A DNA stretch of 64,000 nt. Source: a virus. Taxonomy: Duplodnaviria; Caudoviricetes. The stretch lies in IMG/VR virus record IMGVR_UViG_3300037067_018912, positions 224,001 to 288,000 of that record, one strand, 5' to 3'. This document shows, piece by piece, positions 56,440 to 64,000 of the stretch; the first letter of the stretch is position 1, and each line of letters starts with the position of its first letter. The notes beneath the pieces were generated by a model. That model saw only the letters and a list, made by a program, of their open reading frames with translations, had not been told where the DNA came from and made no database searches. The position numbers and the translations under genes were made by a program.

Positions 56440-56808
56440 ATGAACCAAGAATTATGGGAAATATTAGTCCCCTCTTTCAGTAACGGTGGTGAAAAATTTC
56501 CGCTCGAACACCATAAGAAATGGGATGCCTTTGTCAAGAAGATCGCAAAAGGCGTGACGATCATGAAAACTGCCAAAGGTGAATGGGTTAGTCCGACCGG
56601 ACAGGTCTATATGGACAGAATGATCCCATGCCGAATCATTTGTAATGAAAGTCAAATGGATAAAATTATTGATTTCACTATTGAGCATTACGACCAAGAG
56701 GCTGTTCTTGCGTACAAGATTTCGGACAACGTGATCCTGCGCCACAGGAATGACAAGAGCATTAACGAGGACGTCCAAAGACTTTGGAATCAAAGAAACT
56801 ACAGATGA
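56440..56808 (+). CDS. Hypothetical phage protein
   Basis: 122 aa, LWEILVP...KGEWVSP...HYDQEAVLAY. Confidence 0.75.
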   Translation: MNQELWEILVPSFSNGGEKFPLEHHKKWDAFVKKIAKGVTIMKTAKGEWVSPTGQVYMDRMIPCRIICNESQMDKIIDFTIEHYDQEAVLAYKISDNVILRHRNDKSINEDVQRLWNQRNYR

Positions 56809-57002
56809 TACCAATTAAGGATATATTACCTTGTCCGTTTTGCGGAGCACAGGTGAAAGATCATCCGAATCCGATAACCAGTAAGGAATTTTTTATGGTA
56901 AGGCACATGAATGGTTGTTATTTCTTAAAAAATAATTCATCGGATTTCACCTTATTATTGAAAAACGATTATTATATAAAAAGTTGGAATAAAAGAATAT
57001 AA
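56805..57002 (+). CDS. Small CxxC protein (PCPFCG...WNKR)
   Basis: Lar-like zinc-ribbon pattern. Confidence 0.55.
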   Translation: MIPIKDILPCPFCGAQVKDHPNPITSKEFFMVRHMNGCYFLKNNSSDFTLLLKNDYYIKSWNKRI

Positions 57003-57004
57003 TC

Positions 57005-57196
57005 ATGGGAATGTTCGGTGAAATACATGCAGGAATGAATGCTGAACAATTGGAAAAAATCCTTTTGGAGGCAATAAAGGAAAATGACACCATCAAAGCA
57101 TTTGCAAAAAAACATCTGTATCAGTGGTATCTGTCCGAATGCAGTGAAGCGTTCCGTGAATCGAACCATGAAATAAAAGATGAATTTGAAGATTAA
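57005..57196 (+). CDS. Hypothetical protein
   Basis: 63-aa ORF in a packed run. Confidence 0.55.
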   Translation: MGMFGEIHAGMNAEQLEKILLEAIKENDTIKAFAKKHLYQWYLSECSEAFRESNHEIKDEFED

Positions 57197-57200
57197 AAAC

Positions 57201-57413
57201 ATGGAAATTGAAACAGTAAACGATTTGGCAGAACAGATAGCCGACTGGATTGGCATCTATGGCGGCTGTAAATCAGATGGGGAAAGTGGTTGCACATACG
57301 ATAAATTCAAAAATCCTTGTTGCTGCCGCACAGGTTTTATCACCGCTATGGAGGAAAGGATAAGAGAAGCGGTGGAGAATGAAAAAAAACTCGAACAAGC
57401 GGGTTTGAAATAA
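57201..57413 (+). CDS. Hypothetical Cys-rich protein
   Basis: MEIETVNDLAE...PCCCR. Confidence 0.6.
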   Translation: MEIETVNDLAEQIADWIGIYGGCKSDGESGCTYDKFKNPCCCRTGFITAMEERIREAVENEKKLEQAGLK

Positions 57414-57418
57414 AATAA

Positions 57419-57507
57419 GGAAGGGTGGGTGAGTGGCTGAAACCACCTGTTTGCTAAACAGACGTGCGGGGCAACCTGCACCGGGGGTTCAAATCCCCCT
57501 CCTTCCG
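57419..57507 (+). tRNA. tRNA-Ser(GCT)
   Basis: CTGT-TT-GCT-AA-ACAG, long V arm. Confidence 0.9.
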
Positions 57508-57547
57508 CAAAAAATACTCCCACATTTTGTTGAGTATTTATACGTAA

Positions 57548-57748
57548 ATGGATTTCATGTGGGAGTATGAAAGAAAGGACTTCAAATTCAGATGGTATGC
57601 TGATCTTGTTATGTTTTTGAATGAGAAAGGCAAGGAGGGTTGGCAAGTGATTTGGTACGAAGAGGAAAGACCCGGAAAATTTGATGTCGAGATTACGGCG
57701 AAGATATTATTTAAACGGTTAAAGGATGAAACTACTCGAACAGGTTAA
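57548..57748 (+). CDS. DUF4177-like small protein
   Basis: WEY...LNEKGKEGWQVI...FKR. Confidence 0.6.
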   Translation: MDFMWEYERKDFKFRWYADLVMFLNEKGKEGWQVIWYEEERPGKFDVEITAKILFKRLKDETTRTG

Positions 57749-58142
57749 AATGGTGTTCGTCAAGCATGAATGGAGACCCCTCGAAATTCCAGCAGGTCAC
57801 AAGAACCTTTACAGGTATCTTGACGAATTCCCCGAAGAACGAAAAAGCGATAAATACTCCTCTCCCAAGGACGACAGGTATTTCATAAACAAATACAGAA
57901 AGCACATCCCGCCAGGATGGTACGGATTCTCCCTCGGCAACCCAATAATTCCAGTATGGTGCGACATCATTGAAGAAGTGATTGAACTTTGCATTACAAA
58001 CGACCCGGACTTTGAAATTCATCAAATCAAAGTTAAGATGGGTCGGATATGTTTTTACACCGACAGTAACATTATTGAAGACACGGACGAGATCGACATG
58101 TTCTTTGAAAGAACTTTGTCCGATCCGGCATTGGTTTATTGA
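57726..58142 (+). CDS. Hypothetical protein
   Basis: 138 aa, IHQIKVKMGRICFY. Confidence 0.7.
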   Translation: MKLLEQVKMVFVKHEWRPLEIPAGHKNLYRYLDEFPEERKSDKYSSPKDDRYFINKYRKHIPPGWYGFSLGNPIIPVWCDIIEEVIELCITNDPDFEIHQIKVKMGRICFYTDSNIIEDTDEIDMFFERTLSDPALVY

Positions 58143-58170
58143 AACTTTTTTCATCCATACACGTATTATA

Positions 58171-58443
58171 ATGCCGAAGGACTTTGAATTATTGAAACGG
58201 ACGTACCCGGTGTCGGAGTTTGACAGATTTTGTGATGGTTATGATTACATCATGGCCAACAGTACGCCGGAGGAACGGAAGGAGTGGGGTATTAAGGAAG
58301 ACGAATTGGAACGGGTGATCAAAGAAGGAGAGAAGTACATCTACCAAGTGGCCACGGAAGGTGAGGAATTCAAGACGATGTGCCTGTGTTTTAAGAATTA
58401 TGAGATCATCCGGAAGAAGATATTTAAACTCGAAGACGACTGA
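58171..58443 (+). CDS. Hypothetical protein
   Basis: Start MPKDFELLK. Confidence 0.6.
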   Translation: MPKDFELLKRTYPVSEFDRFCDGYDYIMANSTPEERKEWGIKEDELERVIKEGEKYIYQVATEGEEFKTMCLCFKNYEIIRKKIFKLEDD

Positions 58444-58458
58444 TAACACTATAATACT

Positions 58459-58719
58459 ATGAAAGATTTTCCAAGATTTTGGTTCGAAGGTAATTTATAC
58501 TTTGGTTGGGTAAATAACCTTGATGAATTAAATGTTGTGTTCGAATACTATAAAGAAGGTCATATGACCAAAGACGAAGTTCTCGACAAAGCGGTAAGTC
58601 TTGAAGATGAGGACAAGAGTGGAAAACACACGGAGTTTGGTTTAAGAATCGAACATCGGGGCAGCATGACCTTACGCCAATTCTTGGAAGAGAAAGGGGT
58701 TGACTATGGAAAAGAATAA
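58459..58719 (+). CDS. Hypothetical protein
   Basis: 86-aa ORF. Confidence 0.6.
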   Translation: MKDFPRFWFEGNLYFGWVNNLDELNVVFEYYKEGHMTKDEVLDKAVSLEDEDKSGKHTEFGLRIEHRGSMTLRQFLEEKGVDYGKE

Positions 58720-58903
58720 ACGGATGACGACAAGACAACTGTTTAAGGAATTCCTTGATTTTGCTTGCGAAATCGGCGGTGTCGTTTTGTACATTGGGGT
58801 GATCTTATGTGCCATTTCCTACAAGGCGTATGGGATTATCCCGGTTTGCGTGGCAGGTATTGCCTGCACGCTGTACACAACGCTTCGTAAGGGGTGTAAC
58901 TAA
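58706..58903 (+). CDS. Small membrane protein
   Basis: Two hydrophobic segments. Confidence 0.55.
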   Translation: MEKNKRMTTRQLFKEFLDFACEIGGVVLYIGVILCAISYKAYGIIPVCVAGIACTLYTTLRKGCN

Positions 58904-58906
58904 GAC

Positions 58907-58979
58907 GGTTCTGTAACTTAATCGGCTAAAGTAGCAGTCTCTAAAACTGTGTTTGCGGGTTCGAACCCCGCCAGGATCA
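58907..58979 (+). tRNA. Amber suppressor tRNA (CTA anticodon)
   Basis: Acceptor GGTTCTG/CAGGATC, GCAGT-CT-CTA-AA-ACTGT, T arm GCGGGTTCGAACCCCGC. Confidence 0.88.
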
Positions 58980-58995
58980 CCTATATATTTTTACA

Positions 58996-59310
58996 ATGAG
59001 TAGAACGAATAAAGACCTAAAAAGTCATAAAACAGGGATTGGCAGATATGGAAGAAAACCTCAAAGAAAACTCACTCCCTTTATTCATGATGCAAATAAA
59101 ATCGTAGGCAAAAATGAAGTTTTATCGTGCTTGCCTGACAACGATATTAAACAAGATGATTTCGAAAAGGGATATCATTGGCACAATGCAAAAGCAGTAC
59201 GTGCGATAAGAAAGAAAATCCGTGCCGAAAGGGGTTATGAAAAATCCAAAGCAAGGGGAAGAATTAAACAATTTGACAAAAAAATTTGTGAAACTCAAAA
59301 ATTTGATTAA
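58996..59310 (+). CDS. Basic hypothetical protein
   Basis: 104 aa, Lys/Arg-rich. Confidence 0.6.
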   Translation: MSRTNKDLKSHKTGIGRYGRKPQRKLTPFIHDANKIVGKNEVLSCLPDNDIKQDDFEKGYHWHNAKAVRAIRKKIRAERGYEKSKARGRIKQFDKKICETQKFD

Positions 59311-59365
59311 TTTTGTTCGCTCAAGTATTTATGTTTTTAAACATTAACAACTAAAATTTTTAATC

Positions 59366-59695
59366 ATGAGGTAGGTAAAATTAATAACAGTAACCCGTAA
59401 GGATTTAAAAGACGGTCAACAACTTGTGCAGACCGGGCATTCCATTGCCGAATTCGCACACAAGCATCCCGATCAATTCTCCGATTGGATGCAAAACTCA
59501 CAATATCTTGTTTCGTTATCGACCGATAACGAAGAGAATCTCACAGAAATGTACAATAAATTAAAGTACTATGGTGCTCATGTCGTTGCGTTCCATGAAC
59601 CCGACATTGGTAATCAAATGACTGCGATCTGTTATTTCGGTACGCCGGAGATGCGTAAATTCACACAGAAACTTGATTTGGCACTTAACTATTAA
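59366..59695 (+). CDS. Pth2-like (peptidyl-tRNA hydrolase II fold) protein with in-frame TAG at codon 3
   Basis: ATG AGG TAG GTA...: MR*VKLITVTRKDLKDGQQLVQTGHSIAEF...FHEPDIGNQMTAICYF. Confidence 0.7.
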
Positions 59696-59888
59696 ATTTT
59701 ATGGCCATGAAAGACACATAGTTCTCAAACAGACCACCATAATGATGAAATTCGCAATTTGCGAATCACGAATTGCGAAAAACTTCGTTACGCAAAATTG
59801 CGTAACGCTGTAATGCGTAATCTACGTAACGCAAAATACGTAACAAACAAAATGTAAATTACAAAATGTAACATTAATAAACATCATT

Positions 59889-60209
59889 ATGGAAACAATA
59901 GTTGAAATCAATATCAGCAAGATGAAGGCGGACATCAAGGAAAACGCCGAGAAGCAGAAATTCTACAGAAATCAAAGAAAAACCGAGAAATTGGTTGGCG
60001 AAAGGCAAATGCCTGCATGGGAAGCGACATATTCCCATCAAAAAAACAGAAGGAATTTGCGCATCATGTATGCCGCATACGGATTAGCCAAAGGAAAGAA
60101 TTTCTCTCAAATTGAAAATCATTATCCCGAAGAGAACCACCCGTTGAATGAATTACGGTATGAGATCGACAAGATGATGAATGAATACAAGGCCAAAGAC
60201 GGCGAATAA
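59889..60209 (+). CDS. Hypothetical phage protein
   Basis: 106 aa, RIMYAAYGLAKGKNFSQIE. Confidence 0.75.
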   Translation: METIVEINISKMKADIKENAEKQKFYRNQRKTEKLVGERQMPAWEATYSHQKNRRNLRIMYAAYGLAKGKNFSQIENHYPEENHPLNELRYEIDKMMNEYKAKDGE

Positions 60210-60210
60210 A

Positions 60211-60236
60211 AAAAGAGGGGGCATCTGCCCCCTTTT
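60211..60236 (+). terminator. Intrinsic terminator
   Basis: AGGGGGCA-TC-TGCCCCCTTTT. Confidence 0.75.
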
Positions 60237-60300
60237 CCTTGCATCTTATTTTAATATGGATTATATTTGAGTAAAATAACTTTATTTTAAACAACGTTAT

Positions 60301-60618
60301 ATGTCATCAGATGTCGATCCCAATGTTAGTTCAATACTGACCCCCGAAGAAATCGAAAAATTCAGTTCAAAGTATCCTGATTTGGCTGAAGCCGCAGAAT
60401 CGGAAGAGAAATCCACAGAAGAGGGTGCTGAAAAAGAACTCACCGAGGAAGAGAAACGTGAGTTGTACGTCAAACAATTGAAAGAGTCCAAAATAAAATT
60501 CAGAAACGTTACGCAGAAAGGCAATAAGACTACAGTCAAGTTCAATGCCGCCTACAAACAGGAGCGGAAACGCAAAAATAAGCAGCAGCGGAAATCCCGC
60601 AAGAAAAACAAAAAATAA
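60301..60618 (+). CDS. Hypothetical protein (acidic N-terminus, basic C-terminus)
   Basis: 105-aa ORF. Confidence 0.7.
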   Translation: MSSDVDPNVSSILTPEEIEKFSSKYPDLAEAAESEEKSTEEGAEKELTEEEKRELYVKQLKESKIKFRNVTQKGNKTTVKFNAAYKQERKRKNKQQRKSRKKNKK

Positions 60619-60619
60619 T

Positions 60620-61531
60620 ATGTCAATCACGGGCACAACAGACCTGCCCGGTTTCACTGGAGACACCAATCCATCCCTGTTAAGTAATCATTACAAAAGG
60701 GTTTTCAAAATCCCCGTTGGTGATATACCGAAGGAAGAGATTGAAGATTACGTCCGTGAAATCGCCAAAAAATTCAAGAATCCATCGGATATCATGCCAG
60801 ATTTGGATTGTGGCATCTATCCAATACCGGATTATGATATTTTCTTACCAACAAGAAACGATATGAGCAATAATTTTTATATGCAGTCTGTCCCCAATAG
60901 TCATTGGTGGCCTAAATTAGGGGGATTAATTGTTTCAATTGAACAACATCTCACCATCTTAGATCGATTGGAAAAGGCTGTGAAAGACAACCAAACATAT
61001 TATGGCGAACTCCTGACCAAGGAACACATCATTATCGGCCTTGAAAATTCAATCAAACACGGATACAAATTAAAACCTGCATCCAAAGACTTAAACGAAA
61101 TTATACAGATCAATGATCCGGTATTCATTTCGATAGAACAAATGATTGAATTTGTGAAAGATGAGGATTTTGATTTCAAAGACTTTCTCATTTTCCTGCA
61201 AAACACCGTTGAAAACAAACTCGACTTGGACAATGGATTGAAGATGTTCAGGCAGGACGTGTATAAGCGGATTGACAAGGAAAGGGATTATCAGGACCTT
61301 CGTTGGAATACAAATCTGCGTGAAGACGAAGTCCCTGACGAAGAAAAACCTGTCTCTGAATGGCTAAATTATATTGAGTTCCACCTGTCCAAGGCCAAGA
61401 ATTGGAATTATCATTTAGACAAGGAAAAATCATTGGCCGAATTACGCAAAGTTGCAGCACTTGCTGTGCGTGCAATGGAAATCCACGGATGTCCGGAAAG
61501 AATCATGAGAGTCCCAAATATTGAAGAATAA
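60620..61531 (+). CDS. Protein with portal-like N-terminal segment and MazG-like C-terminal helical domain
   Basis: KRVFKIPVGDIPKEEIEDYV; ERDYQDLRW...ELRKVAALAVRAME. Confidence 0.65.
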   Translation: MSITGTTDLPGFTGDTNPSLLSNHYKRVFKIPVGDIPKEEIEDYVREIAKKFKNPSDIMPDLDCGIYPIPDYDIFLPTRNDMSNNFYMQSVPNSHWWPKLGGLIVSIEQHLTILDRLEKAVKDNQTYYGELLTKEHIIIGLENSIKHGYKLKPASKDLNEIIQINDPVFISIEQMIEFVKDEDFDFKDFLIFLQNTVENKLDLDNGLKMFRQDVYKRIDKERDYQDLRWNTNLREDEVPDEEKPVSEWLNYIEFHLSKAKNWNYHLDKEKSLAELRKVAALAVRAMEIHGCPERIMRVPNIEE

Positions 61532-61533
61532 AA

Positions 61534-61893
61534 ATGGACAATATTGATCTTAACAACACACATTGGGATCGTCTTAAAGGATATGTAACCGAACTTCGTG
61601 TGGATGCCCGGTGGTTACTCCGACAGGATAACACGGACAAACCCCTTGGATCGCTGCGCATTGTGTCGCATCCGGATTTGCAACCAGGATACCTGCGTGC
61701 GTTCTTCACCTATGTCACATCTATACGAAAAAAGACCAGGGAGGAGAAAATTAGGACAATCGAGGACTACCAAATGGAAATCGGTGAACTTGAAGTTTAT
61801 TCAATCGGCGAGGATATTAAGACCGAAAACCTGAAACACGAGGCGTCGCTCAAAGACCTTGAAGAAATGTTTAATGTGAAAATATTCGAATGA
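61534..61893 (+). CDS. Hypothetical protein
   Basis: 119-aa ORF. Confidence 0.7.
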   Translation: MDNIDLNNTHWDRLKGYVTELRVDARWLLRQDNTDKPLGSLRIVSHPDLQPGYLRAFFTYVTSIRKKTREEKIRTIEDYQMEIGELEVYSIGEDIKTENLKHEASLKDLEEMFNVKIFE

Positions 61894-61910
61894 TTAAACC
61901 AACGTGAAAA

Positions 61911-62855
61911 ATGAAAAACAAAGACACAGATTACGACAGTAGGAGCAAGAACATTACTGAACAATTGGTTAAAGAAGCAATAATGGAAAACAACGAAGAA
62001 AAAAAGAAGGAAAAGGATGCTACGGCAACAACAGGCAAAGGCGGCGGCCTTCGTTTTAATAAAGGAAAATTAAGATACGACCTTGTTGAACCAAGAGCAT
62101 TCCGGGACTTTGTTCAAGTTCTCACCGACGGTGCGAATAAATATTTCGACCGCAATTGGGAGAACGGCCTCACTTGGACATCCGTTATTGCATCACTTAA
62201 AAGACATGTGGCGGCTATTGAAATGGGTGAAGATTATGATTCAGAAAGCGGCAGGCTTCACATTTCCCACGCAGCATGCAACGTACATTTCCTTAATGCT
62301 TTCTATTATATATTCCCACAAGGAGACGACAGGCCAAAACGATTCTTGAAACAACCATACATTGGCTTGGATATCGATGGAGTCTTGGCTGACTTCACCG
62401 GGTCTTGGAACAAAATGTATCCTGAAATACCCAATTCTCCGAATTCATGGTATTTCGACCGAAGGGTTACCGACAGGTTTGAGGAGATGCGTGCCAACGG
62501 CACTCTTGAAGAATTCTACCTTAATATTGAACCTTTAATCAAACCGGAAGAACTACCGTTCGAACCACATTGTTACATCACCTCCCGTCCCGTGCCTACG
62601 GAGATCACAGAAAAATGGCTTGACAAGTTTCACTTTCCCTGTAAGAAGGTGTACAGTGTTGAATTGAAAGGAACGAAAGTGGATGCAGCGAAAGAGGCGG
62701 GAGTTGAAATATTTATTGACGATTCATACGATAATTTTGTTGATCTTAACAACCACGGAGTATTCACCTATCTGTTCACAGCACCGTGGAATGAACGCCA
62801 CAACGTCGGCCACATGCGCCTCAATTCATTGAAAACCATACCCTTACTTCAATAA
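61911..62855 (+). CDS. DUF5664-type dNTP diphosphohydrolase fused to HAD 5'(3')-nucleotidase
   Basis: GKLRYDLV...GANKYFDRNWENG...DSESGRLHISHAACN; then LDIDGVLADF, ITSR, FIDD. Confidence 0.8.
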   Translation: MKNKDTDYDSRSKNITEQLVKEAIMENNEEKKKEKDATATTGKGGGLRFNKGKLRYDLVEPRAFRDFVQVLTDGANKYFDRNWENGLTWTSVIASLKRHVAAIEMGEDYDSESGRLHISHAACNVHFLNAFYYIFPQGDDRPKRFLKQPYIGLDIDGVLADFTGSWNKMYPEIPNSPNSWYFDRRVTDRFEEMRANGTLEEFYLNIEPLIKPEELPFEPHCYITSRPVPTEITEKWLDKFHFPCKKVYSVELKGTKVDAAKEAGVEIFIDDSYDNFVDLNNHGVFTYLFTAPWNERHNVGHMRLNSLKTIPLLQ

Positions 62856-62941
62856 GGTTCGAAATATATTTCATTGGTTTCCACTTTTATTGCCTTGTGT
62901 TCAGTATTTATATGTGAACACAGATTTAATAATTGAAACCA

Positions 62942-63418
62942 ATGGACAGCAATCTTGTAAAAGATATTGTCAACGACGTCCACATCAAACCAAGCCGTAC
63001 AAAGGTTGTGTTGAGATGGGTGGTTACCGCATCATTGATGTTGATTGCGGCTGCTTTCATAGTTGGTCAATTCAAGACGTCTTATGTAAATAAGATCAAA
63101 ATCCTTGAAGAACAGATAAGAAAAAATCAAGAAGCCTACGATAAACTGCATCAGGAAATGCATGTTTATATAAACGAAACGAACCAAAAAATTGATAAGA
63201 TTTATGTTGACGCTTATGAGTTTTTCTCTGAATTCAATAGATTTAGGAATGACCAAATTAAATTGATTCTCGATAACTCGACTATACCTAACAAAGAGAT
63301 GCTCAAGAGAATGCTCGATTTGAACACCCGTGAAAACATGAGGAAACTTGAAATGGAATTCAACTCAGAACATCCTGTGGAAGAGTCTCCTGAAAAATCT
63401 GAAAAACATTTGAAATAA
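62942..63418 (+). CDS. Membrane-anchored coiled-coil protein
   Basis: N-terminal TM segment then coiled coil. Confidence 0.65.
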   Translation: MDSNLVKDIVNDVHIKPSRTKVVLRWVVTASLMLIAAAFIVGQFKTSYVNKIKILEEQIRKNQEAYDKLHQEMHVYINETNQKIDKIYVDAYEFFSEFNRFRNDQIKLILDNSTIPNKEMLKRMLDLNTRENMRKLEMEFNSEHPVEESPEKSEKHLK

Positions 63419-63503
63419 ATCGCTTATGGTGGTAGTGTTTTAGAATGATTGCAGTATTTATTTTAAACGCTTTAAGACAACGTTTAACTAAAAATTTGCA
63501 GTT

Positions 63504-63875
63504 ATGCCGGAAATGATAGTATCGGGGACAGAGTTGCGTACCCTTATAGAAGACGCAATGCGCTTTCGTGACGAAAAAACAAACGGACAATTTAAGGTGA
63601 TCGACACTAAATTGGACGGCATTACACTGAGACTTGATAAGATAAACGGCACTGTCGCCAGTCACGAGAAAATAATAAATGAGAGAGCGATCGTAGTGGC
63701 CGATTACATGGATCACGCAAAAGAAGCGGAGGATATAGAAAAACGTCTGCGTGCTGTGGAAGATACACAATTAACACAGAGATCAATCAAAAAGTGGATC
63801 GTTGGTACGATCGGAGTGACAGGCACTATCTTGGCAATAATAATTGCAGCGTTGCAATTTTTCAATGGTAAATAA
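63504..63875 (+). CDS. Coiled-coil protein with C-terminal TM (holin/XhlA-like architecture)
   Basis: IEKRLRAVE...WIVGTIGVTGTILAIIIAAL. Confidence 0.55.
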   Translation: MPEMIVSGTELRTLIEDAMRFRDEKTNGQFKVIDTKLDGITLRLDKINGTVASHEKIINERAIVVADYMDHAKEAEDIEKRLRAVEDTQLTQRSIKKWIVGTIGVTGTILAIIIAALQFFNGK

Positions 63876-63935
63876 CACGAAATTGTATTATATTTGATAC
63901 TTTGAGTATTTAATGTAACACAATTAAACGTTATT

Positions 63936-64000
63936 ATGAAGATTTGTATCATATCTGATACCCACAACAAACATAAGTATCTAAAGAATCTGCCAGAGGC
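63936..64000 (+). CDS. Metallophosphoesterase, partial
   Basis: MKICIISDTHNKH start. Confidence 0.6.
   Translation, partial: MKICIISDTHNKHKYLKNLPE

Noticed and set aside
61911-62855. Z-genome (2-aminoadenine) pathway
   Set aside because: No purZ-like gene is visible in the window; DUF5664 alone is insufficient
1-64000. Genome-wide TAG reassignment suggested by the CUA tRNA
   Set aside because: Long genes are open under code 11 with no internal TAG, and TAG ends several genes (terminase at 12119, ORFs ending at 14295, 26720, 36024)

Overview
This is a 64 kb segment of a large T4-like (jumbo) phage, probably infecting Bacteroidota: TTTG-N19-TAnnTTTG promoters are present and Shine-Dalgarno sites are not obvious. 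Bases 1-24.5k hold head and packaging genes: major capsid (partial), scaffold, prohead protease, portal, large terminase, a 1695-aa protein with a C-terminal GH25 lysozyme, and probable internal head proteins. Bases 25-59k hold a large translation-support RNA set: about 58 tRNA genes read by eye covering all 20 amino acids, 3 tRNA-like elements with remodelled anticodon loops, a tmRNA, a reduced RNase P RNA and an amber (CUA) suppressor tRNA. These are interleaved with nrdJ, a C5 DNA methyltransferase, two vWA proteins, corA and small ORFs. Main discovery: the tRNA genes are grouped by amino acid into four operons ({Pro,His,Gln}; {Asp,Glu,Val,Leu,Ala,Trp,Met}; {Lys,Tyr}; {Thr,Cys,Asn,Ile,Ser,Phe,Gly,Arg}). 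Each operon is preceded by a promoter, a short leader-peptide ORF enriched in those same amino acids, an antiterminator strand and an intrinsic terminator. This looks like ribosome-mediated transcription attenuation of tRNA genes. A second candidate system is a Pth2-like gene and a tiny ORF, both with in-frame TAG codons, just downstream of the suppressor tRNA. All coordinates and RNA folds were read manually and may be off by a few nt.
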